Shown here: positions 9,019-19,316 of the stretch, piece after piece
Layout of the letters: each line of letters begins with the position of its first letter
How positions within the stretch are numbered: position 1 is the stretch's first letter
Assembly (NCBI GenBank): GCA_963674735.2
Contig: CAXXQS010000001.1
Location: forward strand, 2,336,001 to 2,400,000
Direction of reading: 5' to 3'
Length of the DNA: 64,000 nucleotides
DNA from: Myxococcota bacterium
GTDB lineage: Bacteria; Myxococcota_A; SURF-8
Made by a program: the position numbers and the translations under genes
Notes under the pieces: generated by a model
What the model was told of the DNA's origin: nothing
The model's database searches: none
What the model saw: the letters and a program-made list of their open reading frames with translations, nothing else

Positions 9019-11223
9019 TCAAGAGAATCCCAGCCAGCGGCCGCCTTGGTAAACCAGCAGGGAAACCAGATAAGCGGCGCCGGTCATGTAGGCCAGCATG
9101 AAGAATGTCCAGGCCCAACTCTTCGTTTCACGCAGCACGACAGCCAAGGTGCTCATGCACTGCATGGCGATCATGAAGAAAATCAGCAAACTCATACCCA
9201 CGAGAGGCGTCCACAGCGGCGTTCCATCCGGACGACGGTCCTTCAGCATGGCTCGACGCAGGCTGTGCGACTCTTCGCTTTGAGCCTCACCGAGCCCATA
9301 CACAACTCCCATCGTCCCCACAAATACCTCACGGGCCGCGAACGCGCCGATCAGGCCGATACCGATCTTCCAATCGAAGCCAAGCGGGGCAATCAAGGGT
9401 TCGATCAACGCACCCAGACGACCGGCATAACTGTGCTTCAGTTGTTCGGATTGGGCCATCTCCGATACGGGTTCCACCACGACGGCCGATTCATCGCGAA
9501 TAGTCGACGCGCCTGCGGATTCGTCATCGAGACGCGGAAAACTCAACAACACCCATAAGATAACGGTCATCACCAAGATGATGGTACCCGCCGTCGACAT
9601 AAACACCTTCGTGCGCTCCCAAAGCACCATCGCCACACTTTTGATATCCGGCAGCCGGTAGGGAGGCAGTTCCAACAACAGGTTTTGAGCCTGTCCGCGA
9701 AACAGCGTGCGGCCCATCACCGCGGCGGCGAGAAAGGCAAACAGCGTACTTAAAACGTAGATGCCAAGCAACATCAAGGTTCCCACGCTCAGCGGTCCCA
9801 CTTTCTGGTCGGCCGGAAACAGCATGGCAATGACAAGCGTGTAAACCGGCAGCCGCGCCGAGCAACTCATCAACGGAATCACCATCATAGTGAGCATGCG
9901 ATCCCGCCGATTCTGGATGGTGCGCGCCGCCATTATCGCCGGTACCGCACAGGCAAAGCCACTCAACATGGGGACGAAGGCCTGCCCGTGCAAACCGATT
10001 TTACGCATCAGCCGGTCGATCAGAAAAGCCGCACGAGCCAGATAGCCGGAACCTTCCAATAGCCCGATAAACAGAAACAAAAACAGGATTTGCGGCAGGA
10101 AAACCAGAACACCGCCGACCCCGGCAATGATACCGTCCGTGATCAAATCACGCAAAATCCCCGGAGCCATAACGGCTTGAACGCCGACCGATAGCATACC
10201 GAACAGCTCTTCAATCCAACCGATGAAGGGATCGGACCATGAAAACAGCGCCTGGAAGATGGTGCCCATGATGGCCAGAAACACCATCAAACCCCAGACG
10301 GGATGGGTGAGCACGGTATCGATCCGATCGGTCATATTGATGCGTTCCTGATCGGGACGCACGATGAAGCGATGCGCCTGGGCATCGATGAATGCATAGC
10401 GTTCGAGTGTGGACTCCGCATCCAGATCGCGGTTCGCCTGCTTGATACGCTCCTGGCTTTCCAGCGTCATTTTCTTGAGTTGGGGACGCACCACCAACTT
10501 GCTGTGCTCTCCCAGACTCATCAACATCCAGAGCGCGAAGGCACGCCGTCCATTTTTCGACAGAGGAAAGCGCACCTGCTGCTCGATAGCCTCGTCAAAC
10601 TCGGCGAGATCGTGCTCCAAGGCTGCATTCGGCTTCCAAAACCAGTCGGGAGGTCGATAGCCATCACGCGAGGCCAAAAGCTCATCCAACGCGATTTTAA
10701 GCTCGGGAATACCCTTGCGGCTACGCCCCACCAACCCGATGAAGCGGATACCGAATAGACGCTCCAACTCGTCCAAACGCACCTGAATGCCCTCTTTCGA
10801 GGCCACATCCATCATGTTGACCACCGCGACCACCGGGATATCGAATTCGAGCACCTGCATCAGGAAGTACAGACTGCGCTCCAACGCGGTGGCATCCAAA
10901 ACGACAATAGCCGCAGCCGGCGGCGTAATCCCCTTGCGGCCCAGAAGCTCGTTGATGGCCACTTCTTCATCTTTGGAGCGAGTCGTCAGGCTATAGGTAC
11001 CGGGAACATCCACCAGTTCGACACGACCGCTGCGCGGCAATTTCAGAACCCCGGTACGGCGATCGACTGTAATGCCGGGATAATTGCCGATCTTGGCATT
11101 CGAACCCGTTAAGGCATTGAAAACAGTCGTTTTCCCGGCATTGGGATTACCGGTTACCGCGACGCTGATGCGTTTGGGTAAAGCTCCGGCTTGCTCGGAT
11201 CTGGCATCGGGACAGGAAGTCAA
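9019..11223 (-). CDS. feoB: Ferrous iron transporter B
   Basis: GNPNAGKT, NYPGITV, DVPGTYSL, NMMD G-motifs; Gate motifs GFACAVP, MSCSARLPVY, AREVFV. Confidence 0.97.
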   Translation of the reverse strand: MTSCPDARSEQAGALPKRISVAVTGNPNAGKTTVFNALTGSNAKIGNYPGITVDRRTGVLKLPRSGRVELVDVPGTYSLTTRSKDEEVAINELLGRKGITPPAAAIVVLDATALERSLYFLMQVLEFDIPVVAVVNMMDVASKEGIQVRLDELERLFGIRFIGLVGRSRKGIPELKIALDELLASRDGYRPPDWFWKPNAALEHDLAEFDEAIEQQVRFPLSKNGRRAFALWMLMSLGEHSKLVVRPQLKKMTLESQERIKQANRDLDAESTLERYAFIDAQAHRFIVRPDQERINMTDRIDTVLTHPVWGLMVFLAIMGTIFQALFSWSDPFIGWIEELFGMLSVGVQAVMAPGILRDLITDGIIAGVGGVLVFLPQILFLFLFIGLLEGSGYLARAAFLIDRLMRKIGLHGQAFVPMLSGFACAVPAIMAARTIQNRRDRMLTMMVIPLMSCSARLPVYTLVIAMLFPADQKVGPLSVGTLMLLGIYVLSTLFAFLAAAVMGRTLFRGQAQNLLLELPPYRLPDIKSVAMVLWERTKVFMSTAGTIILVMTVILWVLLSFPRLDDESAGASTIRDESAVVVEPVSEMAQSEQLKHSYAGRLGALIEPLIAPLGFDWKIGIGLIGAFAAREVFVGTMGVVYGLGEAQSEESHSLRRAMLKDRRPDGTPLWTPLVGMSLLIFFMIAMQCMSTLAVVLRETKSWAWTFFMLAYMTGAAYLVSLLVYQGGRWLGFS

Positions 11224-11229
11224 GTGAGT

Positions 11230-11454
11230 TTAAGCGGCTTGGCAGTTGATGAGGGCGGCGTCTTTCTTTCTTAGCGACAGGCGATAACCGCGCACGCGCA
11301 ATTCAATCGGATCGCCCAGAGGAGCGGTACGCAGGACCGACACGCAGGTACCCGGCGTCAGACCCAGTTCCATAAGGCGGCGACGCATCAGGTGAGTCGG
11401 ATCGATATCGATCAGACAGGCCGTCATTCCAGGTTTGAACTTATCGAGTGTCAT
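11230..11454 (-). CDS. feoA: Ferrous iron transport protein A
   Basis: RRLMELGLTPG..APLGDPIELRVRGYRLSLR; immediately upstream of feoB. Confidence 0.95.
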   Translation of the reverse strand: MTLDKFKPGMTACLIDIDPTHLMRRRLMELGLTPGTCVSVLRTAPLGDPIELRVRGYRLSLRKKDAALINCQAA

Positions 11455-11530
11455 GGCCGAATCAACCTCATCATGTTGCCGGTTCGGGCTGCCTAGTCGA
11501 GCTAAGCAACCTTTTCAGCGTTAGACAAGT

Positions 11531-11590
11531 CTAATTATCGTTATTTTCAAGCGCTTTGCAAGGAAATAATACCGTTATTTTCATTTTTTT
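11531..11590 (-). promoter_or_regulatory. Two Fur-box-like sites upstream of feoAB
   Basis: Exact 11-mer CGTTATTTTCA at 11539-11549 and 11573-11583 (TGAAAATAACG on minus strand), resembling TGAAAAT Fur half sites, in an AT-rich promoter. Confidence 0.6.
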
Positions 11591-11627
11591 AGTGAATGCC
11601 GGAATTGAACTCAACAAGCTGAATTTG

Positions 11628-12311
11628 TTAAATTTTTCCAAGATGTTTGGCGGCCTCACGGAAACTGAGCGGCGACAGGTCGGCCCGATTGTCGACGAGA
11701 AAACGGCGCACGGCTTCCGGATCGGTCCGGGCATACTGCCGCAAAGCCCAACCGATGGCCTTACGAATGAAGAACTCCTTATCATGCAGATTGGCGCGGC
11801 AATAGCCGAACAAGCGCTCGCGATCCGTCGCCTGTTTCAAGCACAACTGGCTGATGATGGCGCTACGCCTCAACCAAAGGTCATTTTCGCGACTCCAAGC
11901 ATCCACCGTCGGCCAGACCTCTTCGGGATAAGCCAGTAAAAGATCCCCGATCAGGTGAGCGGCGATCTCGTCCACAAAATCCCACCAAGCCCCTTCAACA
12001 ATCATGCGCCGGTACAAGTTCAGGGAGGCCGGAGTTATGTACCGCTTGAAGCGGCGGGCATAATCGACAGCCACATATTTTTCTTCGCGCTGCGGTAACG
12101 ACCACAACCCTTCGACAGACCGGATGTATTCGCGTTGCGAGGTCGGTTTGAAAAGTCTCGCCGCCTCCCGCACCAAGGCCCGGCGTTCCTTCGCCGCTAC
12201 CCCGTAAAACGGCATGTCGGTTTTCATATAGGCTTGCATGCTTGCGGCTTTGGCGGGATCTCGAAGACGTGTCAACTCGCCCTGAACATACGTCAGCAAA
12301 TCACTCGACAT
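11628..12311 (-). CDS. DNA alkylation repair protein (AlkD-like)
   Basis: MQAYMK..FYGV, REEKY, WWDFVD, LWLRR, EFFIRKAIGWALRQY, LSFREA. Confidence 0.92.
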   Translation of the reverse strand: MSSDLLTYVQGELTRLRDPAKAASMQAYMKTDMPFYGVAAKERRALVREAARLFKPTSQREYIRSVEGLWSLPQREEKYVAVDYARRFKRYITPASLNLYRRMIVEGAWWDFVDEIAAHLIGDLLLAYPEEVWPTVDAWSRENDLWLRRSAIISQLCLKQATDRERLFGYCRANLHDKEFFIRKAIGWALRQYARTDPEAVRRFLVDNRADLSPLSFREAAKHLGKI

Positions 12312-12355
12312 TCCAAATCCTCCCACCGATTCAGAAATCTATCGAAGCGGTTATA

Positions 12356-13615
12356 TCACAACGCGGGAGTCGATCCAAGCCCGGAGGTAAGAATGCAGGT
12401 TTGGGCAGGCTTATCCAAGCGGTCGTCCAACAACGAGAACAAAATCTGCTGATGCATTTGGCGTACCCATGGCGCCAAGGCTGTTCCGACGGCATGCTGG
12501 CCGCGCTCGTTCCAATGAAAGTCCCGATTGAAATGGACAGGCAAGCCGCGTTGCTCCAGTTCAGCCAAAGGGGGTTCTAAATCCAAAGTCTCGATTCCGG
12601 CCTCACGGGCGGCTTGCAGCAGGAAACGGGACGGCTGACGCCAGTCCAGGTCGTGACGATCCAAGGTCGCGGCGATTTGTGCTTGCAGCGCAGGCAATAG
12701 CTGCTCGGCGGTGCTGCCGACGGCGTAAAGCATCGGCACACAGCGGGCATCCAGATAATGCTTCATGTTGGTCAGAATCGTACGCTCAAGCTCCATCTGA
12801 GCCTGCATTTTCTCCCTGTTTTCAGGCAGATAAATTTCGGAAAACAGATGATGCGAAGCCGATCCCTGCCACTCCTTCTCGATATCCGTCACCAAATGGA
12901 ACAACATGCGAAAGAGATAGGAGCGCTGGTAAATGCCCGTCCATTCCGCCGCATAGCGCATGAACATACGCTCTGTGAAATCACCGTCCACACGGGGAAC
13001 CGGCAGGCCGCGAATGGATAATTGCCCGGTCGGCTCCACTTCGAAACGCGGACGCGGATAGAGTTCGATTCTAGGATTATCGGCCACGTTGTCGTAAAGA
13101 TCGTTTCCGGGATAGGCCATGACGATCACCGCATCGGGCTGCACCCGACTCACGTCGCGTTGCAGTTGCAGCCACTGTTGGCCTCGCCCGTATCCACTTA
13201 CGCCGAAATTGACCACCGAATAACCGTCGCCAAGCTGACGTTCCAACACGGCACTGAAGGTCTGGTCGTTGTTAACACCAAAACCCCAGGCAAACGAATC
13301 TCCCAGAACCGCAATTCGGAATTCGTTCAACGGCTTTTGGGCCGCAAGCACAGGCGTTCGATACCCATCCGGATTATGCACAACCACGGTATCGAATTCT
13401 TCTCCGCGTGTAAAAGGCCCTTTGACATCCGGCTGACCACGCCAACCCAGCTCGGCATCGTATTCGAAAAATGAAAACTGGTTACCCTCGTACAAAAAGC
13501 GATTGGTATAGGCAAGACGGGCCAAACCCTCGACCGCAAGCAGAACAAGCAGGACGAGCACACCATTCAATAAAACAATTCGCCATTTTTTCGGTATCTT
13601 GCGCAGCATAACCAT
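12356..13615 (-). CDS. Membrane-anchored SGNH/GDSL hydrolase (AlgJ/AlgX-like)
   Basis: N-terminal TM, LGDSFAWG, NFGVSGYG, GND, DFHWNERG. Confidence 0.85.
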   Translation of the reverse strand: MVMLRKIPKKWRIVLLNGVLVLLVLLAVEGLARLAYTNRFLYEGNQFSFFEYDAELGWRGQPDVKGPFTRGEEFDTVVVHNPDGYRTPVLAAQKPLNEFRIAVLGDSFAWGFGVNNDQTFSAVLERQLGDGYSVVNFGVSGYGRGQQWLQLQRDVSRVQPDAVIVMAYPGNDLYDNVADNPRIELYPRPRFEVEPTGQLSIRGLPVPRVDGDFTERMFMRYAAEWTGIYQRSYLFRMLFHLVTDIEKEWQGSASHHLFSEIYLPENREKMQAQMELERTILTNMKHYLDARCVPMLYAVGSTAEQLLPALQAQIAATLDRHDLDWRQPSRFLLQAAREAGIETLDLEPPLAELEQRGLPVHFNRDFHWNERGQHAVGTALAPWVRQMHQQILFSLLDDRLDKPAQTCILTSGLGSTPAL

Positions 13616-13775
13616 TTCCTCGAAATTCGGTTCGTTGAAGAGGTTCAGTTAGTGGAGAGTCGCTATTTTCATTCTATTCCTATATGTTTACCGTACTTTT
13701 GCCGCCTCGCCGCTTCGCCTTGTCGAAAAGCTTCGAGACCGCTATACTGCCTGCAAATCAATGAAAGGATCGCGC

Positions 13776-14531
13776 ATGCCTGTCACCCTCGCTTTCCGTG
13801 AACGCAATTCCGGGGCCGCCGGTTCGGTTTTCGTGTACCTGCATGGAGCCGCCAGCGACAAAACCTTCTGGCTGAGCCTCTCGCGGCTTGTGGCCGAGCG
13901 TTTCCCCAATCATCCCGGCATCCTGCTTGATCTACCCGGACACGGCGAAAGTCCCGGAAAAGCCCTGAACAGCATCGCGGCATACGCCGAAGCGGTGGAA
14001 GATTTCCTGAATGATAATGACCTGAAGAAGGTATTTCTGGTGGGCCACTCCATGGGTGGGGCCATCGCCCAGACGGTCGCGGCCCGGAATCCCGACAAAG
14101 CCCAGGGGCTGGTGCTCGTGTCGACCGGAGCACGTCTGGGCGTCAACCCGATGATTTTACAACTATTTGGGAACGACCTGCCGACGGCGGTCAGCCTATT
14201 GCGTCAAACCGCCTTCGGGCCATCCGCACCGGAAGCCATCGCGGCTGAGGTGGAAAAGCGTATGCTGACCATCGATCCGCAGAATGCGGTACGCGATTTC
14301 TCGGCCTGCGACGCCTTCGATGGTCGCGCACAACTGGCGGCCATCCGGTGCCCGGCGCTGGTGGCGGTGGGGGAACACGATCAACTCACCCCAACCAAGC
14401 TCAACCGCCGCCTGGCCGAGAGCTTGAACGCCGACTATCGGGAGATTCCGGAAGCCGGTCACATGTTGCCGCTGGAAGCCCCGGAAATACTTGCGGAGGC
14501 CATCGCCGACTTTGTGACGGATCGAAGCTGA
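13776..14531 (+). CDS. Alpha/beta hydrolase
   Basis: LHG, DLPGHG, GHSMGG nucleophile elbow, GEHD, AGH. Confidence 0.92.
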   Translation: MPVTLAFRERNSGAAGSVFVYLHGAASDKTFWLSLSRLVAERFPNHPGILLDLPGHGESPGKALNSIAAYAEAVEDFLNDNDLKKVFLVGHSMGGAIAQTVAARNPDKAQGLVLVSTGARLGVNPMILQLFGNDLPTAVSLLRQTAFGPSAPEAIAAEVEKRMLTIDPQNAVRDFSACDAFDGRAQLAAIRCPALVAVGEHDQLTPTKLNRRLAESLNADYREIPEAGHMLPLEAPEILAEAIADFVTDRS

Positions 14532-14711
14532 TACACGGCAATCGTAACAGGGCAAATATTTCCAGGATGAAACCACATTCGCTAATCCCGAGTAGGATAC
14601 GTAAGTAGCCGTATCAAGAGACCTTTCGAACCAATTTCGCTTCGCGAAATCACTCAAGGTGAGCGGTGAGGAAAAGCTAAGATATTGTTGCCGAGTTAAG
14701 AATACGCGGCG

Positions 14712-15815
14712 TCAACGCCAGCTATTTTCGTTGTCTTCCTCTTCCTGCACGCAACCCTGGTCGGGATCGTAAGGCAGGGAGTAATTGGATAGTTCGGTCC
14801 AGCAGTCGCCATTCAAGAAGGTGAACGCCCCCGTTTCACGATCCACTTCCACCAGAACATAGGCGTCGTCGTCGTAGCGGGTGGAGCCGATCACCTCATG
14901 CGGCGGTCCATAACTGTCGCCGAAATCGATCCAGGTGTGCATGTGACCCGCAAAAACGGTTTTGATCGTGTCCTGGTAGGTATCCAACAGGCGGAAGATG
15001 TCGAGATCCTCGAATTCGTCATACTTGAGGTAGGAAAGCGGATAATGCACGAAGATAAAGCTTGGCAGTCCTTCCTCAAGTAGAGCCTCCAGCCATTCCA
15101 GTTGTTCGCGCCCGAAACTGCCCAAACCGGATTCGAACTCGGGGCTTTCGGGGTTTTTGGTTTCACCCAGGAAATTGTTGAGGTGAATGAAGCGCCAACC
15201 CTGATAATCAACGTAATAATAGGGGTCGATCCCGACAACATCTTTGTACAACTGGTTCGTCCACTCGCGTGAAAACACGTTCAAGCGGTAATCGTGGTTG
15301 CCGAAACCCGGATACACCGGCATATCGAAGCGGTCGATCAGTTCTTTGGCAATGTGGAAGCGCGTGTCGGTGTGGGTTTCATAGAAGGAGGGATCGTCGC
15401 TTGGAAAATTATGCGCGAAATCACCGGCGATCATGACCAGCTTGATATCGAGGGGCGATGCGTTCATGTAATCGCCCACCGCCACCAAGCGGTCATTGGC
15501 CTTGAAGATGGTCTCGGTATCCAGGGCGTTACCCTCGGGCCCTTCGTAGTAATCGTCGATGATGTGCGTATCGGCGATGACGGCGAAAACGAACTTGGCC
15601 GGGATTTCCTCGTCTTCCGCATCCCCATCGACCCCATCCGGATCCGCATCGCCGTCCGGATCGGGCTCATCCCCATCACCGGCGGTTTCGACGACATCCT
15701 GGTCTCCGTTTTGTATCGTCTGATCCGTCTCGTCGCCGCAACCACTCAGAACCGACAGCAAAACCAAAACCAGCAGCCCGACCCCATAGCGGTTCCCGTT
15801 CAATTTTCGCATCAT
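14712..15815 (-). CDS. Lipoprotein, calcineurin-like metallophosphoesterase with N-terminal DGD linker
   Basis: Lipobox VLSGC; DTH, AGD, GNHD, HYP, GHMH motifs. Confidence 0.85.
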   Translation of the reverse strand: MMRKLNGNRYGVGLLVLVLLSVLSGCGDETDQTIQNGDQDVVETAGDGDEPDPDGDADPDGVDGDAEDEEIPAKFVFAVIADTHIIDDYYEGPEGNALDTETIFKANDRLVAVGDYMNASPLDIKLVMIAGDFAHNFPSDDPSFYETHTDTRFHIAKELIDRFDMPVYPGFGNHDYRLNVFSREWTNQLYKDVVGIDPYYYVDYQGWRFIHLNNFLGETKNPESPEFESGLGSFGREQLEWLEALLEEGLPSFIFVHYPLSYLKYDEFEDLDIFRLLDTYQDTIKTVFAGHMHTWIDFGDSYGPPHEVIGSTRYDDDAYVLVEVDRETGAFTFLNGDCWTELSNYSLPYDPDQGCVQEEEDNENSWR

Positions 15816-15995
15816 TGTGACTCCCTGCGTGTAATCGCTAACGGTGCTAGACCGATTCGCCAAGCATACGGCTCTCGCGAGTATGAAACTGTAGCATACC
15901 TTGAGTGACAGGCAATGTTTGAATTCCGTTCAGAACAAACTCATCTTAGGCAAGTTGCGAAGGCCGGTCAAGCGGCTTCGGAAATTCGGAACCCC

Positions 15996-16022
15996 CAAAA
16001 AGCGGAAGGGGAATCCCCCTTC
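15996..16022 (-). terminator. Probable intrinsic terminator of the HlyD/ABC permease operon
   Basis: GAAGGGG-GATT-CCCCTTC hairpin followed by CGCTTTTT on the minus strand. Confidence 0.55.
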
Positions 16023-16047
16023 ACATCCGATTGGGATAAAACCAAAG

Positions 16048-17211
16048 TCAACGGTGGACGACCGCGCGCCGCTGCATCCAGCGAACGAGGAGCACGGCCA
16101 GCACCAGGTAGGCAAGGAACTGGATCCCCAACCACTGGAAATACGGGGTCAGGTAGGCCAAGTCCCCGCTCTTCATCGTTAAAATGCGAAAAGCCTGCAA
16201 CGCCGGTGTGACCGGGAACAGCGCCGCCAAGACCTGAATATAACGCGGCATCTGTTCGAGCGGCCAAGCATAGCCCGAAATCATGAACAGCGGAGTGGAG
16301 GCGAACATCAGAAGCTGGAAGGCCTCATAGCGGTCTTTCATGAACACCGCCACGGCGATGGACAACGGAGCCATAGCTAAGAGGAAACAGGCGAACAACA
16401 GCATGACCGCAGCCGAATCGTACACCGGCCAGCCGAATAACGGCATCACGGCGTAGGTGATCAAGGCCGTCCCCAGCAGGTAAAAGGCGAAATGCGCCAG
16501 AATACGCCCCTCGATGACGGTAAAGGGAAAACGCGGATGCAGCCGTAAGCCCTCGCGTTCGCGGCGCAATCCAATCGAAAACGCGAGGGAGATCAGGATG
16601 ATCTGCTGCATCACGATCATGAAAATACCGACGACGAGGAATTCGCCGTAACTCAAGCTGGGGTGAAACAAGAAGCGCTCGGCCAGATCGATCGGATAGA
16701 CGCGGGACTCGGCCGCCTCGGTCCCCATCCCCTTGGACAGCAGAAAATCACGGCCAATGCGCGCGTTGAACGCCTGAGTCACGTTCGAAACCCCCGTATA
16801 ACTGACACTGTAAGTCAGCACGTTGGAGCTATTGATCCATAGCTTGACCGGGGCTTGCTTGCGCTGTTTGATCCGCGACGAAAAGTCTGCAGGAATGAAC
16901 ACCAAGGCCTCGGCCTCCTGACGCTTGATGCGTTCCCAGCCCTCATCCAACGAAGCCAGCCGTTCCACCACCCGAATTTCCTGGGTGGCGTCGAGAGCCA
17001 GGGAAAAGCCGCGCGACAACGCACTGTTATCGTGATCGATGAGAATGGCGGGACGTTCCACCACCTGTTTTTGATGGTAAAGGGAGGAAATCACCACCGG
17101 ATAGAACAGAGGCAATACTAAAAGCAGTAGCAGCACCGTCCGCTGCTCGACAAACACCCAGCGATACTCGTCGCAGAGGGTGCGCCATAAAAGCAACCAG
17201 CGTTCTTTCAT
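16048..17211 (-). CDS. ABC-2 type transporter permease (YbhR/YhhJ-like)
   Basis: IDHDNSALSR periplasmic motif, SGYAWP..MP; ATGA overlap with upstream permease. Confidence 0.88.
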   Translation of the reverse strand: MKERWLLLWRTLCDEYRWVFVEQRTVLLLLLVLPLFYPVVISSLYHQKQVVERPAILIDHDNSALSRGFSLALDATQEIRVVERLASLDEGWERIKRQEAEALVFIPADFSSRIKQRKQAPVKLWINSSNVLTYSVSYTGVSNVTQAFNARIGRDFLLSKGMGTEAAESRVYPIDLAERFLFHPSLSYGEFLVVGIFMIVMQQIILISLAFSIGLRREREGLRLHPRFPFTVIEGRILAHFAFYLLGTALITYAVMPLFGWPVYDSAAVMLLFACFLLAMAPLSIAVAVFMKDRYEAFQLLMFASTPLFMISGYAWPLEQMPRYIQVLAALFPVTPALQAFRILTMKSGDLAYLTPYFQWLGIQFLAYLVLAVLLVRWMQRRAVVHR

Positions 17212-18344
17212 GCCGCCGCCTCCTTTCGACGCCGCCAGGCTCCCCGAACGAACACCGCGCCGAGGGTGAGCCCGATAAAACCGATCGCCTGCCAAGCGTA
17301 GCCCTGCAGCAAACCCACGGTTTCGCCGAGGGTCACCGGGTAATGCAAAAACATCTGGAAGCTTTTAGCAAATGGCGTAAAGGGAATAACGGTAGCGACG
17401 GCGGCGATCCAGCGCGGGAACATGTCCGTCGGCCAGGTAATGCCCGAGAACATCAGCGACAACATGCCCAGCAAGATGGCGGCCTGCAGCGCCGACAGCC
17501 GGTTGGGTATCAGCGCCATGGCCGTCGCCACCAGCAGAATGTCCAAGGCGAGAAAGATCGCCAGGTGCAACGTCACCACCCCGATGGACGCCATGGGAAT
17601 GATGGACACATAGCGCATCAGTCCATAGAAAAAGATCCAGCCCAAAAACAACCCGACCAGCCACACGCCGATCGCCTGTCCGAAACGCCGACCGAAAGCC
17701 GCACGACCCTCCCCGACCAAATAGGGCGACGCAGCCAGGATAAGGACGTATACGTGCAGAAAGAACATCAACAACCCCGGAATCAGGTAAATCACGTAGT
17801 TTCGTGCCGGGTTGAAGGTGAAATTGGCATCGATCACGATAGGCGCTACCACGGCGGAAACACGCTCCTTGCGCTCGCCTAGCTTGCGTACCAATGTGAG
17901 TTGAGCGCCGCCGCCGATGGTGGCGACAATCGTGCGGATGGCCTTGTAGGCGTTGCGGCCCACCAGAATGTTACTCATGTCGATGGCGGCCAGCACGCTG
18001 GCGCGACGGCCCTTTTTGAGGTCGGACGATAAATTGGAAGGAATCACCACCACTGCGGCCAGTTCTCCGCGAATGAGTTTATCCTGCGCGTCCTCCACCG
18101 AATTCGGGGCGGGCGTCACCAAGCGCAGCTCGCGAGCGGTGGACAAATGAGTAAGGATGATGCGGCTGATGCTGGAGTTGTCGAAATCCAGCACGGCCAC
18201 CGGGGCATCCTTGACGACCAGATCCCGGTAGACGTCCATGCAGATCCACGAAGCCCCCAGAAGCAGGAACAACAGGATCACATAGCGGCGTTCGGCGAAA
18301 GACCGGCGTAGCTGGTCGCCGAAGCCGTTCCACATTTCGCGCAT
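17208..18344 (-). CDS. ABC-2 type transporter permease (YbhS-like)
   Basis: VAVLDFDNSSISR, FNPARNY..YLIPG, FSGITWP..MFP. Confidence 0.88.
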   Translation of the reverse strand: MREMWNGFGDQLRRSFAERRYVILLFLLLGASWICMDVYRDLVVKDAPVAVLDFDNSSISRIILTHLSTARELRLVTPAPNSVEDAQDKLIRGELAAVVVIPSNLSSDLKKGRRASVLAAIDMSNILVGRNAYKAIRTIVATIGGGAQLTLVRKLGERKERVSAVVAPIVIDANFTFNPARNYVIYLIPGLLMFFLHVYVLILAASPYLVGEGRAAFGRRFGQAIGVWLVGLFLGWIFFYGLMRYVSIIPMASIGVVTLHLAIFLALDILLVATAMALIPNRLSALQAAILLGMLSLMFSGITWPTDMFPRWIAAVATVIPFTPFAKSFQMFLHYPVTLGETVGLLQGYAWQAIGFIGLTLGAVFVRGAWRRRKEAAA

Positions 18345-18347
18345 GGA

Positions 18348-19316
18348 TCAGCGCCCCCACGTCCAGCGAACCGTCATGCCCGGCCGAAGTTTTTCGACGG
18401 CTGCGGTAGGCCTGGCTTTGATTTCGAAGCTTTTCAAATCGAAGCTGTTTTTATCGTTGGTGGCGCGCCAGGTAGCGAAATCGCCCATGGCGGCAATGTT
18501 GAAGATGGTCAGTTCCACATCGCGTCGCAGCGCCGGAATATGGACGTTGATCGTGTCGCCTTTGCTGATATCCGCCAGCCAGTCTTCCCGCACCGCAAAC
18601 ACCACCCACAGATCCTGCATGTCCACCAAGGTAAGAATCGGGTAGCCGGTGGCGGCCAGTTCGCCTTCGTGCAGCACGATCTTGGACACCTCGCCCGCAA
18701 TAGGGGCGTATTGCGTCGTTTCTTTCTGGTAGCTCTGCACCTCGTCCAGGGTGCTTTCCCCCTGTTTGACCAAGGCCTCCAACGCCTCGATTTCTTCCTT
18801 GCGTGCGCCTTTCATCACGAGATCGTACTTCGCCTCGGCCATGGCCATCTGGTCTTTGGAGACATTGTACTTGAACTCCACCTCGTCGAACTTGGCCTGC
18901 GGGAAAGCGCCGCTATCGCGCAGCTTCAGCATCCGTTCATAGGTTTTCCGGGTGATTTCAACCTGGTGCCGCGCCGCCTCAAGCTGCTTGCGCACGGCCT
19001 CTTTTTCCTCTTTACGCGCGCCCTTGCGGGCCATGGAAAGCTTGGAGCGCACCGCGTCGATGGAGGCCTGCACCTGATCCATCTTCGCCAGGATCTCCTC
19101 GCTTTCAATCGTCACCAGCTTCTGGCCCTTCTTCACCTTGTCGCCTTCCTTCACCAGTAGCTTGGACAGCCGACCCGGTATTTTGGAGGCCACATCGACC
19201 TCTACCGCATCCACCAGCCCTGTCACCACCTGTTCGTTCGTGTCTGTGGCGCTCATGCAGGCGCCGAGCAAAAAGACACACAGAATCCCGCAGAATGCGA
19301 TGTTCCGATACGACAT
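18348..19316 (-). CDS. HlyD-family periplasmic adaptor
   Basis: VASKIPGR..VKEGD lipoyl half, coiled coil, APIAGEV, GDFATWRAT, LRPGM. Start ATG 19316 behind AAGGGGAG. Confidence 0.9.
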   Translation of the reverse strand: MSYRNIAFCGILCVFLLGACMSATDTNEQVVTGLVDAVEVDVASKIPGRLSKLLVKEGDKVKKGQKLVTIESEEILAKMDQVQASIDAVRSKLSMARKGARKEEKEAVRKQLEAARHQVEITRKTYERMLKLRDSGAFPQAKFDEVEFKYNVSKDQMAMAEAKYDLVMKGARKEEIEALEALVKQGESTLDEVQSYQKETTQYAPIAGEVSKIVLHEGELAATGYPILTLVDMQDLWVVFAVREDWLADISKGDTINVHIPALRRDVELTIFNIAAMGDFATWRATNDKNSFDLKSFEIKARPTAAVEKLRPGMTVRWTWGR

